From: Chrysomallon squamiferum
Lineage: Eukaryota; Animalia; Mollusca
DNA: 64,000 nucleotides
Reading direction: 5' to 3'
NCBI GenBank assembly: GCA_012295275.1
Contig: CM022671.1
Location: 15,500,001 to 15,564,000, forward strand
Shown here: in pieces, positions 52,029 to 64,000 of the stretch
How positions within the stretch are numbered: the stretch's first letter is position 1
Layout of the letters: every line of letters starts with the position of its first letter
Position numbers and translations under genes: made by a program
Notes under the pieces: model-generated
Databases searched by the model: none
Told to the model about the DNA's origin: nothing
What the model saw: only the letters and a program-made list of their open reading frames with translations

Positions 52029-54319
52029 TCCCCATACAGAACACATCTAGAGTTAACATAGAATAACAGCAGAGCCGCTATTTAACAAAATTATTTGTTT
52101 ATTTCATCATCATTATTACTATTAATTTCATTTATTTTTATCATTAACATTATTGGGTTTTTAAAATTTTAATATTTATTATTTATTTTATTATTATAAA
52201 TTTCGAAAATTAACGGTAAGTAAACCATATTTCTTTCTTCATTTAACAAACTCAATTATTTCATAAAGAAAGATACCTTTTTGTTTCCGTTCGCACCTGA
52301 GGTTCGGACAGAAGTAATTAACGACGATACCTGCAGCTAGTTTAATAATCACCGATGTCTTAGCAGGAGCAGAGCGAGGCGAGAAAAACTTTCGCCTTTG
52401 TCTCACCTCGGGCCAGGATGTCTGAAAGTTGAAATATTAGACGTTTTAAATGCTAAGTTATCTGATGGAGCTGCCTGGAAAAGAGACAGACAAATACGAT
52501 GAGCCAAGCCGCCAGTGAATTGCTGTTTCCTCTATCAACACTCCGACAAATCGTTTCGTAATTAATTTTCGTCTGTGATTATTATTCACTGGTTCAAGCG
52601 AACCGACGACTTACGTTAAGTTTTAACCAACGATTTTGGAAGAAGAAAAATACAAAACTGAAGATTTTCGTTTATGTTTTTTTTTTAATTACTCGGAATA
52701 ACAGAACAAATTGAAGTCTAATTATCATTATGCATTTTTCAACTGCTTTCAGTAATTAAACTAATCCTTAATAATTTACAAGTTAAAAAGCAGTCTACTT
52801 TATTTTTGTTTTCGTTTGTTTTATGCTTTGTTATTTCACATTATTTTCAAAAGCGTAGGGTATCTGTAATCGAGGAGGTGACTCACTGTTTTCTGCCTGA
52901 GATACTTAACACACACACACACGCCTTGGCGATTCCACTGAATGAACCTCTTATCCAAATTACAAACACACGGATAAAAAACGGTGTATTTTATCTCTTC
53001 GCGCAAATCAACTTGAAGGAAATAAAACAGTCCAGCATTTTTCTGTCTTTCGTACGGTTAGTAACCTTTATTTACAATGCTAGTGAGCAGGAAACATTAA
53101 TTTAATCCGTGAAAATATTCCAGAAGAATACACATACTATCGATTTGAGAGGAAAACTTTAAAAAAAAGAAAAAAGTAAATAAAACAAACGCAAAAAAGT
53201 AAATAAATAAAAATAAAGTAAAATAATATAAAAAGGGTCACAAATAAATTTAAAAAAAAAAAAAGAGAAAAAGAAAGAAAGAAAAGAAAAGAAGAGAAAA
53301 ACAGTCTCGTAAAGGAATAAGTGAGAGACTAAATATTTAAAAAAAAAAAAAAAAATGAAGACAGAAAAAATTCCGGTGAAGGTGTTTACAAAAATAAGAT
53401 CAAATAGGAGGTAAACTTTGTCATCGAAGATAAACAATTCGGTGTTTAATGTAGGATTAGAACAATATAAGTATTAAAATATTTAGTCCTTAATTCTTCA
53501 CCACAGCAATATTGCCTCCCTTTTTTTTTTTTTTTTTTTTTGTATACATATGTATGTCTGCATATATGTGCGTGTTGGTGCATATACACGTGCCTGTTTT
53601 TATACGACTGTAAATGTTATAGAAGTTGTTATAATACTATCAAGCATGGAGATATCGTTTTAATATCCACCATTTTAATTTTTTTTTTTTTTTTTTTTTT
53701 TTTGATTCTCTTTACAAATATTTTCTTTTCGTCCAATTTCTATCTTTCCGTTTTTTTTTCCATCTTCTTCATATTGTGGCTCTTATTAGACAGAATCGTG
53801 ACTGTCTGGGAAACGACAACACTCTCGATGTCACATAAACAGCACGACAGCAGCCTAAAAAATACGAATTATATTTTGACAAATTAGAAAAAATACCCCA
53901 GCAACAAACAAACGGAGAGGTAAGAACCAAAAACAAATAGAAAGCAAGAAAAAAATATCGAGAAAAAACCCCTCCTGACTACATTTTTCATTACATAGTA
54001 CAATTGTTGTCAAAATCCTGTATTAGATATCAGACATGACCATTCTGAATCCAATTTCCTTTCATCTTTGTACTTGAGGCCGATAAATTTTTTTTTTAAC
54101 TCCCTGCCAATTCATTTTTGTTAAAAACAATCTACAGTTTTATCACGCCGCTGAAATTTCAAGGAAATTTGATGCAGCAGGATAATAAAATCAATAATGT
54201 TTGACATTTACAAATCAACAGTTTGTTAATTTGGAAAGTGTATGCCGTAAGATATTTAAATAAAATAAAAATGTGTCAAAGAAATAATAGTAATAACAAA
54301 AATAAAAATTAAAACAAAA

Positions 54320-54373
<54 letters not shown>

Positions 54374-54437
54374 AATTAAATAAAATTAAAAAAAAAAATG
54401 TATAAAAAAAAAAAAATAAAATAAATAAAAAAAAAAA

Positions 54438-54472
<35 letters not shown>

Positions 54473-55273
54473 AATAAAAAAAAATAAAATAATTAAAACT
54501 ATTTTAAAAAATGATGGTAATAATAATAATAAAAAAAAAAAAAAATAAAAAAAAAATAAATAATTAATTAAAATGACAAAATAATATAAAAAAAAAAAAA
54601 ACAAACAAAAAATAAATAAGATATTTTTTTTTTTTTTTTTTTTTTTAAAAAAGATACTCCACCAACAGATAATATTCATTAACATTGTACAGCACTGCAA
54701 TAAACTTCACTTGTCACAGTGTGTCAGTCAGAAAGGAGACACTGAAGAGTTTGAACGAAACTGGGAGCTGCTGAGACAGTTCAGCTAGAAACAGAGATCT
54801 AAGTGAACGGCTGTTAGCGGTCTGGTGTATCATCCTTGAAATCGCGCTGTGGAAACTCACTTCTGCCAGTCGCATCACACCACTCCTGTCTACTGAAGAA
54901 AGATAAATAAAAACGAAACGGCAGTCAAGGCGGCTCATTATTTCCATATCTACAATATGAAATTATGTAATTTTATTTCGGTTCCAGTTCCATTTATCAC
55001 ATTCGTTTTTAGATTATCTAGCTGTGAAATATTCAGAAGAATTTAAAAAATCATCATTAATTTCTTAGAATATACATATAATGGAAGAGTGTAATTCTTG
55101 CTTCAAAATGAGACAAGCAGACAAGCAGGTTTGTTTTTTTTAATTCGAAAGATATACTTTTTTTATATATATAGCAGAAAAGTTAAGGGAGACCACAGAC
55201 ACACACACACACACACGCACCCAGAGACACACACTAAAATATTTACATATACATGCACACACAGAGATACATG

Positions 55274-55311
<38 letters not shown>

Positions 55312-55337
55312 CGTACGTACGTACATACATACATATA

Positions 55338-55402
<65 letters not shown>

Positions 55403-58400
55403 TATAAGTTTGACCGAAAATCTACTGTGAAATGGAAGACACAAAATTAATTTACTGTTTAAGTCAGTTTCAAAATACATTTTTATAATTCTTGTATAAA
55501 GTGTCGGCGATTTGAAATTAAATGTTCGGTTTAAATGTTTATCAAGATCAAATTAAGGTACATTTCTGGTCAGAGCGAGTTCACGTGTATTTGAGTGGCT
55601 GATTTTTAACGTGATAGCCCGAGTATCGTTGGACACTGTACACGAAGAAAGCCGATACAGATATTGACAGTTATGTCACATTATGTAATCAGTCACAGAA
55701 ATAAACATCCGCTGAAGGAAATAATAATAACAATACATTTCCATTACCTGCTTTAAAAACATACGTTTTTGTTGTTTATAGTTTCAACGACAGCTTGTGG
55801 ACAGAAGCTGAACGTTTATACAGTCTTTTCAGAACTGCCAATTGTCACTAGTACATCTACGTTTTTTTAAAATCAAATAACGAACCGTTCAGCGTGAAAT
55901 CGTAAAAGGAGTTTCATTATGCTGACAAAAGTCTTGAACGAAGAAGCACGCTTAAGAGCAATTTAAGTTCATCGTTCATTTCAACAGCATTTTACACGCT
56001 TTGTTTTGTTATTTTTCTTTTTACAGCTGTTTAAATACAAAATAAAAATTACTTTACATAACATCTGTTTCTGTTTAGATTCTAGAATTTTTTTTTTTTT
56101 TTTACTTAAAAGGTTCTTCAGCAAGTGACATACATACATTTGAACTCTGGAGTACTAAAGGACTTAACATACAGAATAAAAACTGAGCAGCTAGTTGTCT
56201 TTAGTACAAATGCATTCAAAATCAAGAACAAATTAATCCAAAGGAAAAAAGAAAAAAAAAAGGAAAGAAGAAAGTATTGCGAATAATACGCTGTATTGAT
56301 AATAGTGATAACTACTGTTTTAGGTAGATTACGAATGCATCATGCTGTTATCATTTGTCTACAACTCGTTGTATTAATATTTTTCTCTCCTGTAAAACGT
56401 CTAAACATTCAAATGATAAAAACAAAGGTACGAATGAAAATTTAATATTGTGTGAGTATTTTTCAAATGATGACAGCAAGCTGTTTCTCAGTATCAGTCA
56501 AACTGGGCCTACTTTTCTCATTTAGCAGACTCTGAAGTGTCTGAAATGACGTTCAGTATTAATGTACAAAATTACTGAGAAATTCAGCAATTGTTTATAA
56601 ATTAAACAATTTTCTATACTAATTAAATTTTTACGACAACAAACAATTACTTTTATTACTATTATTACCATTATTTCTGCTACTACTACTACATTTTCTG
56701 CAACAACAATAAAAACAACTACTACTACTACTTCTGCTGTCACTACAATTACATCAAAAGTTACTACTACTACTATTACTACGACTACTGCTGCAACTAA
56801 TATTACAAGTAATATTATTTAATCAGCTGCTGTATCTATTTTAAATATGTTTTTCATTGTGAGTACATAAAAACCCCAGAACAAACAAAACTAATAAATG
56901 AGTTAAGAGTTTCAAAGCGTAATGACGTATAAGATATAAGTATTTCCTTTTTTAAACTTAATATAAATTAACTCTCTCTCATTTTTTTTATTTTTTTTTT
57001 TATTATTTTTTTTTTTTCCCCCAATAAACTGAATCTCTTGTTCTGTAGCAAATGTTTAGTTCTCTTTGGAAAACTAATTATTTTTAATATAAGTAAAGAT
57101 TTTATTATTTTTTTATATTTTATTTGTTTTTTCTTCTCTTCCTCTGATCTTGTTTATTCATTCTTTTTGAAACAAACACAGAAATAAATGTTATAAATAG
57201 GTTCAGAAAGTAGCCATAATTTGTGCAATTAGCTTTTAAGAAACACGATTTTTAAATCTATATGTGTAAGAAGGATTATAATGACATCACTAATTACGTC
57301 AAGTCGTTGACAGATGATTTTCGAAATTAGATGATACAGGCTAAAGCCTTATCTAAGCATGATTTAACGATAGATTTTTAATTTAACGTAAATAATCTAA
57401 AGAACAGATTTAATCAATTAAATTCGTAAATGATATTTTTTACTGATTATGAATACAAATGTCGATTTATCATTTACAAAGAACAACATTAAAAAGTAAA
57501 ATAAGTAAGCTAGTAAAGATTTAATAGTTAAAAAATTTGTGTACACAAAGTAATACGTTACTTTTATTATCTTTTTTGTTCTGTCTTTCATTCTTTATTT
57601 CTTTTGTATTCTTCTTTTTTTTTTTTTTACCTTTTTTTCCCCCTTATTTGGTTTGTTGTTCAGAATTGCTAGTTAGTATGTGAACTCTGTAATTGGATGT
57701 TATTTTTTATTCACAGGAATAACATATCTGTACTTGAGAAATTCGTAACAGAAACTAGAGGATGAATGTGTAAGTGTCTGTTAATTAAACCAGATATAAA
57801 TCATAATTGTATTTCACTAACAGTATCATGTGTGATTTAAATTTTTTTTAAAAAATTTTATTGTTTTTGTTTTTGTTGTAGTTGAAAATCTTTATTATAA
57901 TAAATACAGTTTAGCCACATCGCCTGCTGTATGAATGAACTGGTACTATAAGAAATAACAAAACTGAATATTTTTAACTTTTGATAATAGAACAGCACAG
58001 TTATTTTTAAGACGATTTTTGGACACTTTTTGACATGCAGATTTCCATTTTTGTATTAAAATACAGAACTGCATGGATTGAAACTTGATTTCGACTTAAA
58101 TGTGTTTTCAGATCCACGTTATACTTGAATAAACTGATATATTACATTAGTTTAGATAACGTATTAACACAAAATTAAAAGCATTTATCTTGCAGTAATA
58201 AATCACTTGATTAACGACAAATGTCATGATTTCATTTCCTTAAGCAGCGTAACTACATTACACAGAAATACTCAACAATATTTACAGATAAATGAATGTA
58301 CCTGTGAATAATACAATTAACTCATTACACAGGATTAAATGTTTGCAACAATACTGGATTTAACATTCGACAGCTGACTGTTGTTATATAATAATCGGAA

Positions 58401-59924
58401 TACAGATTTTTCACCTGTCAATAACCGTTAACGGGTTTATGTCTCAGTTAACACTGAGCCCGTTTCATTATCACTCTAAATAACAAAAATATTAAACATT
58501 TATCAAATTTTACTTGTAACCTCCTCCAAATCTTAAAGAAATATTATTGTTTTGTCCTCGAGTTGTCGTCAATTGTGGCACCACTGTATATTCTACATTT
58601 TAATAAAAGTGACAGACATTGATTTGTTTTAATTATTCTGCTATTATCACTCGTAAAGACGACATTCAGTAAGCGATGATTTAGTAAAAAAAAATTATTT
58701 CTGATCTACAGAAAATGAACATTTAATAGAAGACTTTTGTAATACTGATCATAATAATAATTACCTCAGAATTAACCAGTTAATTATTTATGTATACTTG
58801 TAGTTTTTTACATTATCTTATTTATTTATTTATTAAAATATAATAATGAAGTATTCGCAAAAAATATATAATCTCACTGGATTAAATCCTAGGCTTAGTA
58901 AATTATATTTTATCAAGCTCATGGGACAAAAATAAACCAAAGACGATCGAGAGAAAGATATATTTAGAACAAGCATTGTTAACCGTTAATCGTATTAACG
59001 ATTATTTAAAAATTAAAAACAGATATTAAGGTTAGTAGCTTAATGACACAAATGCTAAGGATTTTCTGCAAAATCTGCACAGATAATATCAAACATTCGC
59101 GTTTCTGGCTTGAACGAAACAGGGGAATGATATCGTTTTCATAACTTTCTTGGACAGAAGACAAGCAGAAAATAACTTGACAAATTGACATAAGAAAACA
59201 GATTGATGCATTGTGAGACGAAGATAAACATTTTATCCTCGGCGAAAATAACAAACAAAAACAAAACAGAGCTTGATTTGGCCGCTTATGTCAAACTTGA
59301 ACGAGAACATGTCAAAAGAGTCTGGCCTGCTAATTGATTTAAGATGTCATGCGTCTGATGTGACTGGTCATTTTAGTATGCAAACACAAACAGTAATAAT
59401 CTAACTAGATACAAATTTATGTTGCAAGACGTGAAAATATTGAAACAGTAAACAAACAGCAGCCTTGAAATACAGATTATCTAAACAGATCATTAAATAC
59501 TATAACTGGTAAGATGTGAATATATTTTAAACAGCAGATGGAAATACAGCTAGTTTCCCACTAGTTGTTATAAACAGAACACAGCTATAATTTATTATAA
59601 GACAGAAATATATTTCAAACATACAGAGATTAATTAAACAACAGCCATTTTTTCCTCCCTGGTTATTTATAACATACAAATTTCTCTTAATAATTACTGC
59701 ATTACTAATAAATGAAGTCATCGATGTTTCTGTTAAAAATGATTTCTCGTTCAAAACATCAACCGACAAACAAACTACTACTATTACTACTACTACTACT
59801 ACTACCACTACTACTACTACTACTAGTATTAGTACCAATACTACTATTATTACTATTAATATGATTTGGGCCTGTAATTAGAGCTATGATAATCACTGCA
59901 TTTGCTACATCCATGTCGCTGACA

Positions 59925-60585
59925 TCAAAACAAAACAAGACAAGGCATACAAAACCACACAAAACAAAACAAGACACGGGCAAATCAGACAAAATAAAGC
60001 AAAACAACACAACATAAGAAAGATCAAACCAAAACAAGTCAAGGCATAGAAGACCACACAAAACAAAACAAAACAAGACAAAACAAGTCATCTCAACACA
60101 ACACAACACTAAACAACATAACACAAGACAAAACAAGACAAGGCATACATGACCACACAAAACACAAGACAAGACAAGACAAAACAAGACCACACAACAC
60201 AAGATACGAAAAAAACAAGACAAAACAAGTGAAGACAGATCAAGATAGATCAAGACAAGACACAACCACACAATATAGATCAATACTAAACAACACAACA
60301 CAACACAACGCAGATCAGAACAACACAAGACAAATCAAGACAAGACAAGATAACGAAGACAAGACAAGTGAAGACAAAACAAAACAAGACAAAACAACAC
60401 AACACATCACAGATCAAGAAAATACAAGAAAAGATAAGTCAGGACAGATCAAGAAAAAACAAGAAAAGATAAGTCAGGACAGATCAAGAAAAAAAAAGAA
60501 AAGATAAGTCAGGACAGATCAAGAAAAGACAAAACAAAATTTAATCGAGACAAGACAGATCAAGACAAAACAAGACAAGACAATA
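59925..60585. repeat. Degenerate pentanucleotide low-complexity repeat (ACAAR)n with three ~30-bp units at its 3' end
   Basis: Runs of ACAAA/ACAAG/ACAAC. AAGAAAAGATAAGTCAGGACAGATC occurs three times at ~60425-60525. Confidence 0.85.
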
Positions 60586-60615
60586 TTTCTAACTTGTACA
60601 TATTGCTTTTATAAT

Positions 60616-60678
<63 letters not shown>

Positions 60679-63331
60679 CATTATTTAATGTTTATTTAAT
60701 TTTTTAGTGTTTAAACTGAAACAGTGTTTTGACATGTGACAAGGCAGAGTAAAATTTTATATGAAATTTAAAAAACCTCTGTACGTGGGAAGGTTAGGGT
60801 ATTTTTACATGACAAATATTCTAATACATATATATTATATATAATAGATAGATAGATAGATAGATAGGTAGATAGATAGATAGATATAGACGTACAGATT
60901 TAGTTTATTGTATTGAGTTTATTAGACCTATTGTGTGTGTGTGAATGTTTGTGTATGTGTGTATATTAATTCTTCTGCTTGCTATTAATTTATTGATTAT
61001 AATTATATTATTATACACAGACACAGACACAAACAGACACACACAGAGATAAACATACATACATACATACATATTCATTACTTATTGATTAACAGAATGA
61101 ATAATTTACAACTTTAATTGATTCGTACGTTCACTCAGTGTCGTGGCTGACATTCAATGTTTATTACAGTGATCAACAACGTCGTTTACAACGCCGACAC
61201 AGCCAGAGTTCACGAAGCAGTGCAGACTGACTGGTGGTAATAGAACGTCTCTGATTTAATATCTACTCGCACACGTTATCTCTCCTACCCTTCACACACA
61301 TTTCCTCAGATCTTCGCTTGTTTCCGTGTAAGCGGGATTAACTTTTATGGTGGCCGGCCAGAACGAAGCGAGATACAGGTCCTGGCAATGGCGGATTCGG
61401 TGGGGATGCTAAACATCTTTCTTACGGCTTTTTTTTTTTTTTTTTTTTTTTTTTTAAGTTTCCTTCATCTACAGTTTTATTTTATATTTTAGTTTTGTTT
61501 CAATCGGTGGGGATGCATATCAGCCTTTCTTCTTCTTCTTCTTAAACATTAAAAAAAAAAAAATGTTTTATGAAAAAAAAATTATAAAAAAGAGATGATG
61601 AAAAGAAAAGTTTTTACAAAATCATAATAAAAGAAAAAAGAAGATAATAATAATAAAATAAATAAATAAATAAATTTGAAGATTTGCATGTTTCGGAGCG
61701 GATTCATATCATCTTATTTTCTTCTTCTTTTATTATTTATTTATTTATTTATTTATTTATTATCTTGTTGTTCTTTTTTTGTGATTTATACAAACTTTTC
61801 TTTTCATCATCTCTATTTTTTTAAGAATATAATTTTAATGAGTCTTTCTTAAGATGCTGATAAAAGTATAATCATCATTTTGACACTAATCATGTATTTA
61901 TTTCGTGTTCAGAGAGTTCCTTAATTTATATCTGATATATGTATCTCACAGATTAGTACGATGTATTGAATAAATCGAGTTTTATTTTTGATTCATTTAT
62001 CTCACAGTTATATGCGTTATACTGAATAATCAGGTTTTATTTTTCATGTATTAATCTCACAATTCGGCGATTTCTATCTTTCTTAGCAATTTATAATAAT
62101 ATTAAACTAAAAACTTTAAACGAGTGGAAACTGCTCAGATTACAAATATTTTTATCGGGTTATTAAAAATATATATTTATAACATTAACAGTAATTATTG
62201 AGGATAAAATATAAAAACGTGTAAAAATTCAGATTTAGAATGAGATGACAAATTTTCATAAATATAAGCAATTAATATTTTATTTTTATTATTCTTACTG
62301 AATTTGAAATACAAAATAACGTGTTGTTTTCATGTGGACTAAATATATATTACATTACTTAAGATCGGCTATATGAAAGGTATTTGTTATCAGATTCGAA
62401 TATATACGTACAAACCTACATTTATATCCTCCATTTAAACTTGCGCCTGTCTCACAGATATATACGTGTATCATCATTTTTCAAAATGTCTGTTCTGCCT
62501 GCACTTGTACCAGTGGTCAAATGTTTTAAACTGCAAAATACGTAATTGTGAGCTGCAATGATCAGATCTAATAAACTAAACTTCTAATCCAGTTTATTGA
62601 TTTATACATATATCTTTTTTCTCTCTCTCTCGTCGCGACTCCAGGCGCTGCAACGACAGAACAGTGTTGTTTTAAAAAAAAAAAAAAAAGATTTCTGTGA
62701 CTTAACTGCAGTGATATCTCAGTCAACTGGTACCGCCGTCTCTGCCCGTGCACGCGGTGCATTTCTCGATTTCTTGTAGTGGGTGGGACACGACGCTTTT
62801 CCTCCATTATTCTGCCAAAAGCAGCGCCAAGCATTGATTGGTCACTAAGGTGACAAGTTAATTCTGTTTAAACGTGCTTATCTTGAAGTACATCGCACCT
62901 CCCTGCTGGGGAAAAATATTGTCTTATTGGCTTTTGCTAGCACCGATCCATTCTGCTACTCGAACACGTTACGCATTAATTGATTTTACAACCAGCTTTC
63001 CCCGCCAATAGCAAATGCCGTCATCATCCACAGATTTTTATAATGTGCATAAATTTGAGAGTGACCGCCGTGGATTATTTCTTATTATGATGAAGCAATA
63101 TCGGTAAGACCTGTGATAAAGCAGAAGAAATCGGCTGGAAGATCAAAAGTACAGCAAATTGTTTTAGACGAAACAGTTTTTTAAAAAAGAAAAGTTATTT
63201 TTGAAAAAAAGAGAAAAGAACAACAAAAAAAAGAAGAACAAAAAGAACAAAATAAGAGAAAGACTTTCGCACCTACGTATATTTTAAGCAAATAGCGAGA
63301 GAAGGTGTTTCAGAAATTTGGATTTAAAACT

Positions 63332-64000
63332 ATGTGGTTCTTCGACTTTGTATGTTGTCTTGTCGTTTTAGTCTCGGGCGTTTTGGGAAACGCTTTCCAG
63401 GAAACTGGCAGCCAGTTTTTGAAACAATCTGAACGAAACAAAAGAGACACGTCTTCGCTTGACAGTTACTACTCACCGCAACAAGACGACGGCCAGTTTC
63501 CAGTGGACAAAAGACTTAGAGAATTTTTTGGAAAGCGAGGCGAACTATCGGCCGACAAGCGATTAAGGGAATTCTTTGGAAAGCGAGATGACCCAACCGC
63601 TCAGAAGAGACTAAGGGAATTTTTTGGTAAGCGTGATGACCCAAACAGACAAAAACGTCTGCGGGAATTTTTTGGTAAACGTGATAGCATCAACGAACAG
63701 AAAAGGCTTCGTGAATTTTTTGGAAAACGTGATGCTACTGAGGTTGATAAAAGACTAAGGGAATTTTTTGGAAAACGCGGTGATATTGAGGCTGATAAGA
63801 GGCTAAGGGAATTTTTTGGAAAACGCGGTGATATTGAGGCTGATAAAAGACTACGGGAATTTTTTGGAAAACGCGGTGATATCGAGGCCGATAAAAGACT
63901 AAGGGAATTTTTTGGAAAACGCGGTGATATCGAGGCCGATAAAAGACTAAGGGAATTTTTTGGAAAACGCGGTGATATTGAGGCTGATAAAAGAACAAGG
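63332..64000 (+). CDS. Neuropeptide precursor (5' part, runs off the window) encoding at least 10 copies of LREFFamide; PRQFVamide/LRNFVamide-like pentapeptide family
   Basis: ATG 63332 follows an acceptor-like GTGTTTCAG (63313), and the frame stays open for 223 codons to the window end. Signal peptide MWFFDFVCCLVVLVSGVLG, then ten KR-LREFF-G-KR cassettes separated by short, mostly acidic spacers (e.g. GDIEAD; 48-bp unit). An eleventh cassette begins KR-TR. Absent from the ORF track because there is no stop in the window. Confidence 0.93.
   Translation, partial: MWFFDFVCCLVVLVSGVLGNAFQETGSQFLKQSERNKRDTSSLDSYYSPQQDDGQFPVDKRLREFFGKRGELSADKRLREFFGKRDDPTAQKRLREFFGKRDDPNRQKRLREFFGKRDSINEQKRLREFFGKRDATEVDKRLREFFGKRGDIEADKRLREFFGKRGDIEADKRLREFFGKRGDIEADKRLREFFGKRGDIEADKRLREFFGKRGDIEADKRTR

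Noticed and set aside
52288-52315. RE1/NRSE-like split motif (TTCGCACC...GGACAG)
   Set aside because: Imperfect match with non-canonical spacing, and REST is not expected in this lineage.
5484-55480. Numerous short ORFs made of poly-N/Y/F/L, (HT)n, (CV)n and (RE)n
   Set aside because: Translations of microsatellites and poly-A/T runs.
59759-60507. 189-aa Cys/Leu/Val-rich ORF and its opposite-strand counterpart
   Set aside because: Translation of degenerate (ACAAR)n low-complexity DNA, with no splice or domain support.
63735-63998. Minus-strand repetitive ORF (YHRVFQKIPLVFYQPQ)n
   Set aside because: Antisense shadow of the LREFFamide precursor repeats.

Overview
AT-rich eukaryotic (animal) genomic DNA, most consistent with a mollusc or other lophotrochozoan. 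That taxon call is an inference from the neuropeptide precursor type and the repeat landscape. Manual splicing gives three conserved multi-exon genes: eIF4E3 (-, 7 exons), MUL1 (+, 3 coding exons, first intron GC-AG) and ABTB1 (-, 12 exons). A SMIM30 microprotein gene is split by a +1 frameshift at a UUU_CGA sequence. Two uncharacterised proteins are present: a 383-aa C4-zinc (ZAD-like)/disordered/CaaX protein, and a 1020-aa type I membrane protein with a CUB-like ectodomain and a C-terminal ESNV PDZ ligand. There is also a small orphan spliced locus and, at the right edge, the 5' part of a multi-copy LREFFamide neuropeptide precursor that the ORF track missed. Repeats include a TTAA-flanked Kolobok-like MITE with a 73-bp palindrome, a deleted Tigger/pogo element, minisatellites and many microsatellites. 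The most unusual structures are (i) an exon flanked on both sides by tandem amplifications of its own splice junctions (~28 x 45-bp donor copies and ~5 x 80-bp acceptor copies) and (ii) the SMIM30 frameshift. All exon coordinates were derived by eye; no database searches were run.
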